A DNA stretch of 64,000 nt. It comes from Callorhinchus milii (taxonomy: Eukaryota). The notes below the pieces were generated by a model. It ran no database searches. It was not told where the DNA came from and worked only from the letters and a program-made list of their open reading frames with translations. Numbering within the stretch: the stretch's first letter is position 1; every line of letters begins with the position of its first letter. The stretch covers positions 22,260,001 through 22,324,000 of the forward strand of contig NW_024704743.1 of the NCBI RefSeq assembly GCF_018977255.1, in the 5' to 3' direction. The position numbers and the translations under genes were made by a program. Positions 47,531 through 60,720 of this stretch are shown one piece after another.

Positions 47531-50074
47531 TAAACCTTCTACTGTAACAGTGTGAGATTGGGCCAGTTCAAAGCCCAAAATCCAGCAGATCTCACCCCAC
47601 ACCAGCGGTCAATATCATCATCCTTACCCTTCTCCAAGACCCACCTCCACATCTACTGGGTGTTACTGACAGAGCAAGTCTCCCATAACTAAAGCTGTAC
47701 CATACTCTCCCAGGAGCAGGAAGATGAACTTCCCAGGTATCATCCAGCCTTGACACAGTTGCCCCTCAACAAACATCACATGTAGACAAGGCATCTGCCA
47801 ATCTGACTTGTGCCTGGTTGGTGTAGCCCCACAATATAGTGCACCTTCCTCGAGGTCACTATACCCCCCACCACAGCTCCTTGCAGAATGAGATTCAAAC
47901 TTCTGCACACTTCCACTGTCAGAAGTCATCCCTACCCAATTCTGCTATTCCTCCCTCCTCCCCGTTCCCCCCAACCCACCCCCCCCCCCAGCCTCCATCA
48001 ATAAGCAGCACCAGCCCTGCTAATTCTCAAAAAGGAGTGTTGCCAAAATATACATAACTTCACCCATGTGCCCGCAAGGACCACATAACTTTCGCTTGCC
48101 CACGAATTAAGAAAGCAGCTTTAGCCGAATGCGATCAGAAACAGAATTAAAAAAGGTCCTACATTGTCTTAAAGGGTTACACAGCTTTCATGTTCTGAAA
48201 TGTTATGTAGCTGTAAACAACAGTAGACCAAAACACAGTACAACTCCAGCGCATCTCAATGTTACAGTTCAGCAAACATCATATTTCATCAATTAGGTTA
48301 AGCCAGACACACATTCTCTATATATTCTGAAAATGAATTATGTTTATGCTGTTAGCTTTATCTTTTGTTCAGATTGTGAGAAGGTGAAGATGTAGTAAAG
48401 AAGGAAAAACAAATCCGCTGACATTGGGGTCTTCCTTTATCTTGGCTTAAAATATCAAGTTACACTTTTTCTCTCTTTCAATATTCCGCTAACCACCCCC
48501 CCCCCACTTCAAGGAAAGCACCTATAGCTGTCAGTGGAAGATAACATGTGTGCAAGCTGCATGGCTGCCTTCTACAAGGTCACACAATGCGACAAGCCCT
48601 CACGTTGATTGATGCTCTTAAGCTACAACAATTTTTCAATTTGAAAACCAAATTCCAACCCCCTTCTTTCCCTTGCACCTAAATGTTCCTGTACACAACA
48701 ATGGAATGGATTCCATCCCAGGCGTTGCAATTTATGCTGTAATCAACCACGGCACATCAGTTTTACGACACGCTGTAGCAAAGGGCACCAGAATGCTCAA
48801 TATATATTCAAATTAGTCAAGAGTTGCATTGCAAAGCGGGCAGCACAAACCCCTGCAGTCGAATCATAGCTGAAATATTTTTATTTTTAAACAATGAATC
48901 TATCAAGATGTTTCCTTATTAACTCATTCATCTCAGCAGTTGTCACTTTTCTCGACCCTGTGGCGGTTGGTAAATCCTTAATACTACTCGACCTGGATAC
49001 CTAATACTGAGAAGCAATTCTGGAGGGATTTGCCTCCAAAGTCCACCTTGTGTTGCTCAAGGATTCATTGATACATCAGCTACTAGGTATAACTTGATAC
49101 GTCAATATCAGCTATAGGATTTAAGCTTTAAAAGTCAACAGTCAGTGCCATAACAAAAGACCCATTAAGGACTGTAATGTCTCAAGTCTGATGTGAGAGC
49201 CTGTCATCATAGAATTTTACAGCACACAGGAGGCCATTTGGAGTCTGCACTGGCTTTCTGAAAAGAGCTAAAATGTAGGGAATATTATGATGTGTAAAAC
49301 ATTCCCGAACTTATCCCTTAGTTATTTTGGCAAAGATCTTAAATATATATCCTGTAGTTACTGACTCATCTGGAAGCAAAAATATAAATAAATATAATAT
49401 GTTTACATATGATACAGCATCTTTCAGATCAAGAGGACGTCTCAAAAAGCATCAAAGAATTTACTGTAAAGCATAGTGAACCAATAGGCAAAATAGTTTC
49501 TCCCTATTTTCTATATCAAAACCCATCCATCAGAGTTCTCTCAACCTCTTCATTCTTGTGACAGCAGCGCCAGTTTAAGTAAACCTATTCATCCATGATT
49601 ATCATCCTTGTGAATCTCTTCTGCATTCATCTCCTTGCTCTGGTATCATTCCTAACGTGAGCCATCCAAAACAGGACACTTCAACTGTGACCTAATCAAT
49701 AATTGGTGCAGGTTTAGCCCACCTATAGTTTAATGCAAACTCCATCAACCCAGATTCTGCAAACAATCGGTAGTTCTGCAGCTGGGTAAATCTGCATACT
49801 GCAAACAAAGCTCCAGGCGACATAAGCAGAAAAACATAGGTAGGAGGAGCATTGCAGAAAGCCTCTTTGATAGGATATTGTGTGGACTGTTTGGATTGAT
49901 GCAGAGGTGCAACTGCAGCAGCTGTACATTTCTTGCCTTACATTTCTCGCCTCAACATGGAGATCTTACCTCAACCCCTGCCAACAGCACTGATATTGTT
50001 CATCCTTTTGATTACCTCCCAATATGTTAAAGAATCTTATAAACACTGCGTAAACCCATTGTTTGCACGTTCCA

Positions 50075-50525
50075 TGTCATCTGGCTCAGTTGGTAGCACT
50101 CTCGCCTCTGAGTCAGATGGTTGTGGGTTCAAGCCCCACCTCAGGACTTGGAATCACATAGTCTAAGCTGACGCTGCAATGCAGTGCTGGGGGTTTGCTG
50201 CATTATCTGAGGTGCTGTCCTTCAGATGAGATATGAAACCGAGGTCATGTCTGCCTGTTCAGGTGGATGTTAAAGATCCCATGGCACTATTCGAAAAGAG
50301 AAGGGAGTTTCTCCCGGCATTCTGGCCGACAACCTCCCAAATAATATTGGTCGCTCACTCCATGGCTGTTGTGTGACACTGCTGTATGCAGCTGCTGGCT
50401 GTGTTTCGTCCACAAAATACACAGGCAGTCCACTTTACAGTATAACCTAAGAAGCATTTTGAGACGTCGCGACAATGTGATAAGGTGCTCCATCAAATGC
50501 AAAGATTATTATATTATTATTATTA
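50075..50525 (+). mobile_element. Full-length older tRNA-derived Deu-domain-type SINE
   Basis: A box tggctcagttgg, B box gggttcaagccc, body gatgagat..aaaccgagg..gatcccatggcactattcgaa, Deu core, and (att)n tail. Confidence 0.85.
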
Positions 50526-50739
50526 CAAATACAAATATTATTACAAATTATTACAATTAGAGTCACTGCAGTTTACAGCAAATCAAGTGAAGTGTTTTGA
50601 GATGTGTTTCGATGTACAAACAAATAATGGTAAGAATGTAAATAATCCTTGCTATAATAATAATAGCAAGCATTATTAAATTATTATTTACATTGTTTGT
50701 CTGTACACCAAAATCAAATCTATAATCATACAATGGGCA

Positions 50740-50890
50740 AAAATACTGCAGATGCTGGAAATCTGAAATAACAATGCAATAAATAACTGTTCTGAGGAAA
50801 GCTCATCGACCTGAAACGTTAACTCACTTTGCTCTCTCCATAGACGCTGCCTGACCTGCTGAGTGTTCCCAGTGACTTGTTTTTATTTCT
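50740..50890 (+). mobile_element. Penelope-like terminal-repeat remnant with a minimal hammerhead core
   Basis: aaatactgcagatgctggaaatctgaaata...gttCTGAGGAaagctcatcgacctGAAACgttaac...gctgcctgacctgctgag. The family is assigned from recall. Confidence 0.6.
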
Positions 50891-52044
50891 ATAATCATAT
50901 ACTCTACCTACAGTTATTTGTTTTCTATCACTCCATTACAAAAGGAGTAATATCTACCGAACGTTGCACCAATATTACAGCTCAGGACCTTGAAGGCATG
51001 AAAACATTCTGGGTGATGCTTTATACATTGCGACATGACATCTGCCTATTGAGGTGGAAGTTAACAATCCCCTGATATTTCAAGCAGAGAAGCAAGTTTC
51101 TCCCTGTGCTCTGGCCAAAAGACCTCCAGATAAGATGGTAACTTACTCCATGGCTGTTTGTGGGACACTTGCCTTGGGAAAAATGGCTGCCGTATTTGCC
51201 TGCAAACACAGCGTCACTACACTTGATAGTAATGACTTGTGAAGCACTTCAAGATGTTTCAACATTATAAGAGCTTCATCAATTATGAATTACTTCTATA
51301 TTTTTAGGGTTTTTTTTGTCAGAATTACTGTGGTGCAAACCTCTTAAGTTTTTTTTGTTGCTGCTGCATCTGCTATAACCATTTTGCTCAGATTTAAGCA
51401 AGCGCAAAGAGACAAGATTCAAGGTGATCATTACTCAGCGGGTTTACAACCCAATTCACTAACAGCGCTATCCTGATCTTCAAATCCCCATACACTTCAG
51501 TGTAAAATTATATCAAAACATTCCCTTTTACTTCATGTTCTGGCCAGAGGCAATGACATTCTGTGATCCCTGCATTACTTACATCTGTCTGAGCAACAAA
51601 CAAATATTCTGCCCGTTTCCGTTTGCTAAAAATGACATCCAATGCTTACAAAACTGGAAGAATGGTATGCTAATCCAGAATAATCACTGTAAAGATCTCC
51701 TCATGCTCCTGGCAACTGCTTTCTATTTTCAGATCCTCTTTACTTCCCCACCTTTCCTAAATGTGAAAGGAAATATGCAAAGCTCTTCTGTGGCTACCTT
51801 CATGTCAATCCGACTACAAACTAAGTGTAAATGGTTCAATATTGTCCTCTGATGAAGTGGGAAACGCCAATACACTGTGACATGACCTTCAGGAGAGCAA
51901 AGATCCTCCTCCCCTTCCCCCCCCAGTAGCAGCACTAGGTTTTGCAGAAAGGCTGCCAAGCCAGGCAGAGCCAGGAGGCAGGGCTCGCCTCATGTCACTC
52001 CCTCACTAAAATAGACAAATGTAAAATAAATGACCCAATGGTTT

Positions 52045-52410
52045 CAGTTAATGATCTTGGAACACATTTAGCCCAAGCTGACACTCCAATGCTATGTTCA
52101 GGATGTGCTGCATTATTGGAGGTGCCACCCTTCAGATGACAAGTTAAAGTAAGGGCCTGTTGAGATAGACTTAAAGATCCCACAGCACCATTCGAAAAGA
52201 GAAGGGAGTTTCTCCCGTCCGGGCCAACAATCCCCAAAATAAAATTGGTCATTCACTTCATGGCTGTTTGCGGTATATTGCTGTGCGCAAAATTGTCTGC
52301 CACATTCGCCCACAAATACGCAGTCATTGCACTTTGCAGTGCAACCTGTGAAGCTCGTCGAGATATCTCGAAAACATGATAAGGTGCTCCATCAAATGCA
52401 AGGATAATTT
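52045..52410 (+). mobile_element. Older Deu-domain-type SINE, 5'-degraded
   Basis: Body, Deu core and tail match the copy at 50075. Confidence 0.75.
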
Positions 52411-53449
52411 GTATTAAATAAAAAGAATAAGTCATCAAATATTGGCAATTTATTTCCAATTAAGGGAGGTGCAATAACTAAGGAGCACTATAGATGTGAT
52501 AAGGATTGGTCCATTTCATGAGTTGAAAAGAAATGCACCTTCAATGATTTATCATGTTATTCTTTGCTATAACAACAACAATTTGTATTTATATAAAGCA
52601 CCCTTCACGCAGGTAGCATCCATGTCATATACTAACATAAACTTATAATAGGTTTAACTGTTTTTATAAAGTGCTACTTTTAAATTACTTTTTTTGAGGG
52701 ACCATTGGGTGAGATTTTGAAGTTTAAACCTTTAGTTCATAAGTGATTTGCTGTCTTGTGAAGATTAAGGGAGTGAGAAGAAATCAAAGATTTAATGCTT
52801 GGCACTAGGCAAGAAATTCTGGAGCTTCAATAATGAATGCAAAAGAATTTCACGCTCTGAGCTTCAATGTATGCATCATTGGGTCTTGGGAGAAAATTCA
52901 AAAGGTGATCCAGTTTGAAAAGACAAAACCATCACTGGTGGAGGAAGAGATAGAAGGGTTCACAGAATAACAATTTGAAATTAGAAACTAGATCCTGCGT
53001 GCTTCTGCTTCCAACTAATTGTGCTGAAACCTAATTGGTGTTCAATGGTTCACTATGCCACTATCTGGTTAGTTGCTGCAGGGTTGTATCTGGATACTTA
53101 TGGATTTGCACCCACTTAATTATCAAGTCAACAGTGCAAATCCCCATAACAAATATAAACCCATATCCAGAGAGGATGATTAAAATGCATGCCCCCCCAA
53201 AGATGTCATAATAATCCTTGCATTTGGTATAGAGCTTTATCATGTTAAGAGGTCTCGGAGCATTTCACAGGATATAATAAAAAGTGTAGTGACTTTGTAT
53301 TTTACGGGTGAAAACGGCAGCCAATTTGCGCACAGCAATCTCCCACAAACAGCTATGTCGTGAATGACCAATTTTATACAATGATCAGAAACCATGTGCA
53401 CGCTTCAAACCTGAATAAAGCTTCATGACACTGCTTGTTATTTTGGTTC

Positions 53450-54245
53450 ACATGCCCAAATCTCATCTTACTCGCAATAAGCCATTCTCCTCGGCTCCCA
53501 CCTATGTCTTCTCAACTGCGGTTTTGAACTCCTTAATCTTTACTGCCTTATCCCTCTGACTCACCAAACCTATACCCAAACCTCGGCATCAGGTTCAATC
53601 CTCAGTTATCCTTCCTACCCCACACATTAATCAGAACTGTAGCTCAGTGGTTAGAGCACTCGCTTTGCAAGCGAGAGACCTGAGTTCAATTCCAGACAGG
53701 GCGAAACCTTGGGCAAGTTTCCTTACTCCACACAGAGCCTAATAATAATCCCTTCAAAAAACAAAACAATAATAAATTGGTCATTTTCAATCTACGACTG
53801 TTAGTGGGACATTGCTGTGCGCAATTGGCTGCCGCGTTCGCCCACAATTATACAGTCAATTCACTTTACAGTGTGTTCTGTGAAGCGCTTTGGGACGTCC
53901 TCCCGATGTGAAAAGCGCTATATCAAATGCAAAGATTATTATTATTATTATAACTGCCTTACTCCACCTCCGCCACATCAGCCGCCTTCCTCCTATCTTA
54001 CTTCAAATACTGCTGAAACCCTCATTCATGCTTTCGTCATCTCCTGCCTCAACTTTTCCAATGCATTCCTCATCCATCTCCCCAGCTCCATTATCAAGGC
54101 CCAAATTATACCAAACTGCCATCCGGGTCCTCACCCATGTCAGGCTCTGCACCCCATCACTCCAGTTCATGCCAGGCTCCACTAGCACCTTGTTGCATTC
54201 CGGGAAGCTACTCCACATGAAGGGCACAATATAAATGCAAGCTGC
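53450..54245 (+). mobile_element. Old L2 ORF2 fragment interrupted by a young SINE
   Basis: NLGI.FNPQLSFLPH before the SINE, and HLRHISRL / AETLIHAFVISCLNFSNAFL after it; aactg at both junctions. Confidence 0.75.
53637..53951 (+). mobile_element. Young tRNA-headed SINE, near full length
   Basis: Near-identical to the copy at 32003, but with the standard SINE tail. Confidence 0.9.
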
Positions 54246-54299
54246 AGAATGGATCAATTTCACTTTCAAATCACATCAGGCCCTGGCACCAACCCCTCC

Positions 54300-54570
54300 A
54301 ATCCTCTCACAACCCCTCCTTCACAAACCGCCTTCGCTCAGCTGACTCAGGTTTTCTGCATATCCCTCGTTCCCTCCACTATCGTCGGTTGTGCATTCAG
54401 CCACTATGACCCGAATCACTGGAACTCCTCGCCTAAATCCCTCCACCTCTCCCCCTCTTTGCCTGTCTTCAAATCACACCTGAAGACTTTCCTCTTCGAA
54501 CATGTCTTCAGTCACTTCCCCTCGGTTTCCAGCTTGGTGTTAAACCACACTGTTGTTAAGCGCTCTGTAA
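54300..54570 (+). mobile_element. L2-type LINE 3' fragment
   Basis: GCAFSHYDPNHWNSSPKSL..SLPVFKSHLKTFLF resembles the L2 ORF2 C-terminus. Confidence 0.7.
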
Positions 54571-55191
54571 AGCTACTCGCATTAGTGCAAACTGTTGTTG
54601 TAGGGTCTAGTTTATGCTGATTTCTTAGAATCAATTATTTTGCTACACGTTATAATTGAATTTCTCATTATAAAGAGATTTCCCTGACATATAGTCAGTT
54701 GAACATAGGAATAGGAAGTGGCCATTAAGACCTTTGATCCCCTTCTGCGAGATCATGAAAGATACTCAAAAGATTGATAAGTGAATAAGTGAATATTGAT
54801 AAGCAATAAGTGAAGATAAGACTCCAATTTGCTAAACCTTTCAGAGCTTCAAGGTGCTATTCAGCCTGAAAAGTGCTATATAAATACATGTCGTTGTTGC
54901 TATCCACAAATGTGTTTTTTTTAGTGAAAATCAGCACTATTCTCACATTAATAATTTAGAAGCCATTTTAAATAACTCTGTCTTATGTATGAAGTAACCC
55001 TTTACTCTCTCCTGATAGATTTTGAAAATGTCTGCAATGGTTGAAGTTCAAAATGACGGACACCTCAAGCACCAATAGATCAAAAGCCATCAAGTTAACA
55101 AGATTACAGCAATAGTAGATTTTAGCAGTCCTGGTGTGTGACCTGAGCACTCATCCCTGGCAACACTTTTAATTTGAAATATACATGTACG

Positions 55192-55218
55192 TATATATAT
55201 ATATATATATATATATAT
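55192..55218. repeat. (TA)n microsatellite
   Basis: Seen directly in the sequence. Confidence 0.9.
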
Positions 55219-55538
55219 GCATACACATATGCCAGAAAAGCAGAAATCCTACACTGACCTAGCATTGAAACAAATTATAAACCAGAACTGCTTTCAGAAC
55301 ACTGACTGAAATAGATCAAGAGAAGGGTAAATGCTGGTTTCAAAGGGCAAATTAGGAGCACATCCATAAATAAATAATACATGTAATATTATTTGAAAGC
55401 AAAAGTTAAATCACATACAGCAGTGCTTAATCCCCCTCTCCCCATGACATCAATGGTGTGCACATGATGTCAATCTGGACCACAGAGGTCTCTGGAACTT
55501 GGAGGAACAACACTTGAGATTAAATTATGTCTCCTTAC

Positions 55539-55643
55539 CCGAATGTAAGCATCCTGTTGGTGCTTGGCAAAGTACAGCATGTTGTCAAGAGCCAACATTC
55601 CTGGTGGAGTCTCGGTAAAATCCATCGCCGGATTCACATGATT
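55539..55643 (-). CDS. ELMO1: ELMO1 internal coding exon, [35 protein letters not shown] (phase 0/0)
   Basis: Acceptor ...ttccttcatccag|AAT and donor CGG|gtaagg; 105 nt; ELMO-domain peptide. Confidence 0.96.
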
Positions 55644-57544
55644 CTGGATGAAGGAAAGATAAAAAACAAAAGGAGTCATCTCGGACCAAATATTGACTCG
55701 CAAACAGTGTTTAGCAATCAGTGAAGATAATTTATGTTAGTGAAGTTAGACTTCACCGTGTAAACCTTTTTAAGCGCTATCCAATGTTCTATCCTGCGTG
55801 AAAGACAGGTTTTAATGATTAGTACTTGTACCAAAGCGGCAAAACACAACCCATCGTGTCACCAGTCTGAGCGATCCAAACACTCAATAATACTGTACAT
55901 AAAGCTTCTGAAACTTGCCCTTTGCCGGTCACTTATTCACAAGGCTGAAGAGATAAAAACTGGGCCAATCTTTCCATTTGATCAAACAAAATAATCGGAT
56001 TGCCTCTCATAAAGAGTTAATTCCCCATTATACAGACATTTGAACATAGGACCAGGAAGTGCTTCTGACGTATGAACTCATTGCATCCAATGAGAAGCCG
56101 GGATACTGCATCCTGCTCCGAGCATGTAAGTTCCCAATTATTTGAGAGAGCCCCAAAGCAAAATCAGTACAATTAGTAAAGATTAATTGACTGAGTTCCT
56201 GGGCCATCTGGATGAGGCCACCTACATAGAGCAGGAAAACCAGAAGGCAGGCCAATCTACGTCTGCCCTCTTGTGACCAATGACATACTGCCACTGGTAT
56301 TGGAAATGGCCTGAAGCACAAGACAGCAACGTGCTCCTGCTGAAGAGGTCTAGCAGAATATAATGTTTGCTGGCTAACTTCCAGGAATACACACACTTAC
56401 CGGTATCTGCACCACTGCATCCCAAAACGGATACACACAGACACACACACATACACAGACACAGATAGTTCGGAGACTTCATGTCAGTTCCAATTTTGAT
56501 CCAGATCACTATGCATTGCTCTGAACAATGAAAGCGACAAAGCATTTATTTAATGTATTGCAAAATACAGTCAATCCACATTACAATATAGTCTGTGAAG
56601 CGCTTTGAGCGTCTCAATTACATGATAAGCCGTTATATTAAATGCAACGATTATCATTATTATGTGCAGCTGAACCTGTGAGTTAGCAGCTCACACAAAC
56701 CCAACTAAAGGTGAGTGTGCAACCAGTTAACCATACACAGCTCATTTATTGCTATGCCTTTCAGGGGAGAAACAACCTGTGTTAAAGGGATAGGGTTCAA
56801 ACACTTACTGAAAAGAACATAGGAAAACACCCAGCACCTAGGCACTACTTTTTAAACACATTGCGAAATTTAACAACAAAATGCAATATAAAATTGCACA
56901 ATGGCTCTTTCTAAGATGAAATGTTGAAGCCTCCTTCAAGTTCAGAAAATGATCTCAATTGGAAAATAACAACACCCCTTCAATTTCTATTCCAGATAGG
57001 CAAATCAAAGCGATTTCAACCGTGAATTGAAGTCTGACTATTCAAAAGAAATTGTGCTATGACTGAGCCATTACTGTGTGCTTCCTTTCCCTTGTGATAT
57101 TGTCTCATGTCCCTCGACACAACAATGCATCAACATGTGACTTTCTTTCTCCTATACATTTTCTCCAACATCTTTTTACCAAATGGAAAATGTTAATTAC
57201 AAAAGAATGAAATATCAACTGCGTACTTCAATTCCTTGTTCATTTCACTGAAAAGGTCATGCGTGTAATATCAAAGTTTACCTCCAATTGGTTTGCTACA
57301 ATTTTACATAGAATCTAAAAGGTCCAGGAAAATCATTGCACGGTCTAAAAGGCAAAGCATTCCCAGCATCTGATATGATCCTCTTTTTCTCAGGTTGTTT
57401 GCGTCTCTACAAGCATGGACAAATACTTATATTTATATAAGTATATTATACAAATTATATTATACAAATTATGACAAATACTTGATATTTTCGTTGAACA
57501 CCCCAATTTGGGTAAATATATTGACATATCTAGGATATTATAAG

Positions 57545-57900
57545 AATAATAATCCTTGCATTTGATACAGTGCCTTATCACGATGTTGAGATATATATCA
57601 CAGAATATATTGTAAAATGGATTGATTGTGTATTTTGTGGATGAAATCCGGCAGCCAATTGCACACAGCAGTGTCCCACGAACAGTCATGGATTGAGTGC
57701 CCAATTTTTTTTTGTATTATTTTTTTGAGGGATTATTACCCCTGATAAGCGTTCCACCAATTAACTAACCGGGTTACTACTTACTGCTCGGTAAACACAG
57801 GCGTGGAATGAGGAAACTTGCCTAAGGCTTCACTCTGCCCGGGAATCAAACCCAGCTCCTCTCTCTTGTGAGGTGAGTGCGTTTACCACGGTTATGCAGG
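57545..57900 (-). mobile_element. SINE of the younger family, diverged full-length variant (CAC loop in head)
   Basis: Tail, Deu-like core, and head gggaatcaaacccag...cttgtgaggtgagtg. Confidence 0.8.
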
Positions 57901-57934
57901 CAATCTAATATTAAGCGGTGTGGGAATCCAGATC

Positions 57935-58205
57935 AAGGAGGCATAATCTTAAAATTAGAGCTAGTCCATTTAGCAGTGAAATCAGGAGACAGTTTTCCAC
58001 CCAAAGGGTCACTTCCCCAAAAGGCTGTGGATGCTGGAGCCATTCAAATTTTTAAGACTGCGGTCGATAGATTTTTGATAGGTAAGGCTATCAAAGGATA
58101 CGGGGCAAGGACGGATAATTGCAGTTGAGGTACAGATCAGCCATGATCTAATAGAATGGTGGAACAAGGTCGAGAGGCTGAATGGCTCCTGTTCCTACGT
58201 TCCTA
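57935..58205 (+). mobile_element. CR1 LINE 3' fragment
   Basis: aaggctgtggatgctgg...gatcagccatgatctaatagaatggtggaaca...gctgaatggctcctgttcctacgttccta. Confidence 0.8.
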
Positions 58206-60269
58206 TATCCCATGCTAAAACTTAGGCTGATTCTCCAGTGCAGCAACTCTTCTTCAAGGCGGGCTAACATCCATGACTTGGATGGCACTCGATCCTTTGA
58301 AGAAGGAGACACCTGCACAGTTTTCTTTCCTTTCCTCTGATTCAGAGAGGCATCAAAGTGGGCTCTGCTTCATTTTGCTTTTCTGAGCTCCTGCCTTATG
58401 TCAAGGTGCGACCTTTCACCCGATGGAGTAAGAAGGGATTTTTCGGGGAACAATTTTGGCAGCTGATGGTTTGGCTGTTGAAACGGGAAAAACTGATTCT
58501 TCTTTCATATTCACAGAATGATCATTATCCTCCACGTTATGTTAAACATTAAGTTTCATGAAGAAAGAGCACGAATTGGGATTAGATCATTCATGCCATT
58601 GGAAGAGCTAATGCTAGGGTTGCCTGGACTGAATACCCTCATCCAATTCTGTAAATTCTATCATCAACTTGGTGTGGTTTCTTACTATCCGACCTGCATA
58701 AGTAGGTTACACAGGTCTTTCCTTCCGTGATGAGAAGTAACAAAAGATGAGATTTGCTCAGAGAATAGTAATAATAATCCTTGCGCTTGATGTAGCGGCG
58801 TGACAATGTAAGGCGCTATATCAAATGCAAGATCATTATCATCATCATCAGTCTCAGTCGGGAAAACTTTGATTGAAAACAAAACAGTACGCTAGCTATA
58901 GGAAGAGTTAACAACGCTTTGCACACACGAACTAAAGAGTCCCATAAAGCCTAAAGAATTTCTATGAAGGCAAACATGCCCACAAAATTCCAAACAGATC
59001 TAGGTGGACCTTTATCCTGTGATGAATGGGAATCGGCATATAATTATCTCTGTACTTAACTGAAAAGCAATCATGGTTTAAGTTCTGCAAGTCTCAAGAT
59101 TCCTTCCAAATTTTTTCTCTGAAGTTAGAGCCTCCTTTAGCTTCTGAACATCCGGTGCTTATGCACCCCCTGTATAAGTGAGAAGGAAGGTTCCCTTCTC
59201 CAAAAGGTCACAACTGAAACAGATTTTGCAATCAATTCAATCGCAGTGCTCTTTAGCAAGTGATTCACTTTGGGTGCGATTATTATTTCAAGTGTATTAA
59301 CCAGAAATAGGAAGCTGGCCATCTGTTCTGTGAAGTTAAGCTACATTTATTTTATTTGGAAACTGACAGGGCATCCTCAGAATTGTAGCTTTCAATTCTC
59401 AAGCACATGTCACACCAACACAACACGAGAACATAATCAGGAATGCTTGTATTGGAAAACACCACACTGTCAAAAGCACGACAAGGGAACAGTACAATCC
59501 CATGAGCACAACTTGATCAGCCAAAGAATCTACAGTGCAAACCTCTAGGGGAATCTCCAGGTTTGACAAATGCTTCTTGTATTCTGCTATCTACCAGGCT
59601 GGTGTCAATATTTACAGATTTAAATAATGTTTGCATATAAGAACATAAGAATTTGCTAGGCGAAAGAAGACCAAGGTCCATCCAGTTTGCCTTTCACCAT
59701 CCTGACAGTCGCTTGACATGTCGCGTCCCAAACTATATATTGTATCCTGAGATACTATTTTCTAACAGAAATCTATTTTATTTTATTCTTGCAAGAATCT
59801 ACACTTTCTGCTTCCAACGTCTCCCTAGGCAGTAAACTAATTTTTTTGTGAAAAGTTTATCCTTTCCAAGTCTGGGTAACTTTTCGGCAAAAAAAAATTG
59901 TTCATTATTTAGAGAGAATTTCTGTGAATTCCTACTGCAATGAGAAACATGCCAGAAGTCACGCCAGCAGTAAAAACCCAGTAATCATTGTCTGTTAGCT
60001 GACTGCTGGGAAATGGGATTTGAGCAGATTTTCCCCGAAGGGAAAATAACATCAGCTTGAACACAACAGGCCAAATGGTCTCCAAATATACTATAAACAT
60101 TTTTGTCATTCTGTGGAAAGCAATATCATTGATTCAGATTATTTTACCAAATCCCACACTCAACCCTTTAATGTAAAGAGTTTTCAAACTGGCTGGTCCG
60201 AATCAAGCTTATTGCCGTTTTCTAATGCTGTTTACACTTAAACGCCATAACATGCGCACCTTGCTGTAA

Positions 60270-60365
60270 TGCCTGGTTCAGGAATTGGACTACCGAGACC
60301 ACCACAAAGGGCTGGCTCGATTCTGATATTCCGTTGCCAAACATGTCACCTTGAAGCCAATTCAA
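60270..60365 (-). repeat. Unclassified dispersed repeat, 5' fragment
   Basis: ggactaccgagaccaccacaaagggctggctcgatt is the reverse of ~23950-23990. Confidence 0.75.
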
Positions 60366-60437
60366 TCCCTACCCCCAGGAGGATAGTCAAGATTTCAGAT
60401 TACCCATTGGAAATTCAGAACGTCATATGGTAACAGT

Positions 60438-60720
60438 ACAACAACAACAACAACAACAAGATTCCATTTATAAAGCGCCTTTCACGTCAGGAGGACGTCC
60501 CAAGGCGCTGCACAGTTGGGTCATGACCCGAGCAGGGGGGAAATGGTCAGGGTGAGGGGAGGGAAGGGAGGGAGAGAGGAGGGGGGAAATGGTCAGGGTG
60601 AGGGGAGGGAAGGGAGGGAGCAAGGAGGGGGGAAATGGTCGGGGTGAGGGGAGGGAAGGGAGGGAGCGAGGAGGGGGAAGAGAGTCGAGAGGGGAGCTGA
60701 AGGCACGGTCAAAGAGAAAG
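60438..60720 (-). mobile_element. Young L2-type LINE 3' end with an internal tandem triplication
   Basis: (caa)n tail and ttctctttgaccgtgccttcagc ORF end; three ggggggaaatggtcagggtgaggggagggaagggaggga units. Confidence 0.8.

Noticed and set aside
56401..56406. 6-nt microexon candidate (cag|ATACCG|gtaagt)
   Set aside because: No real pyrimidine tract precedes the AG.
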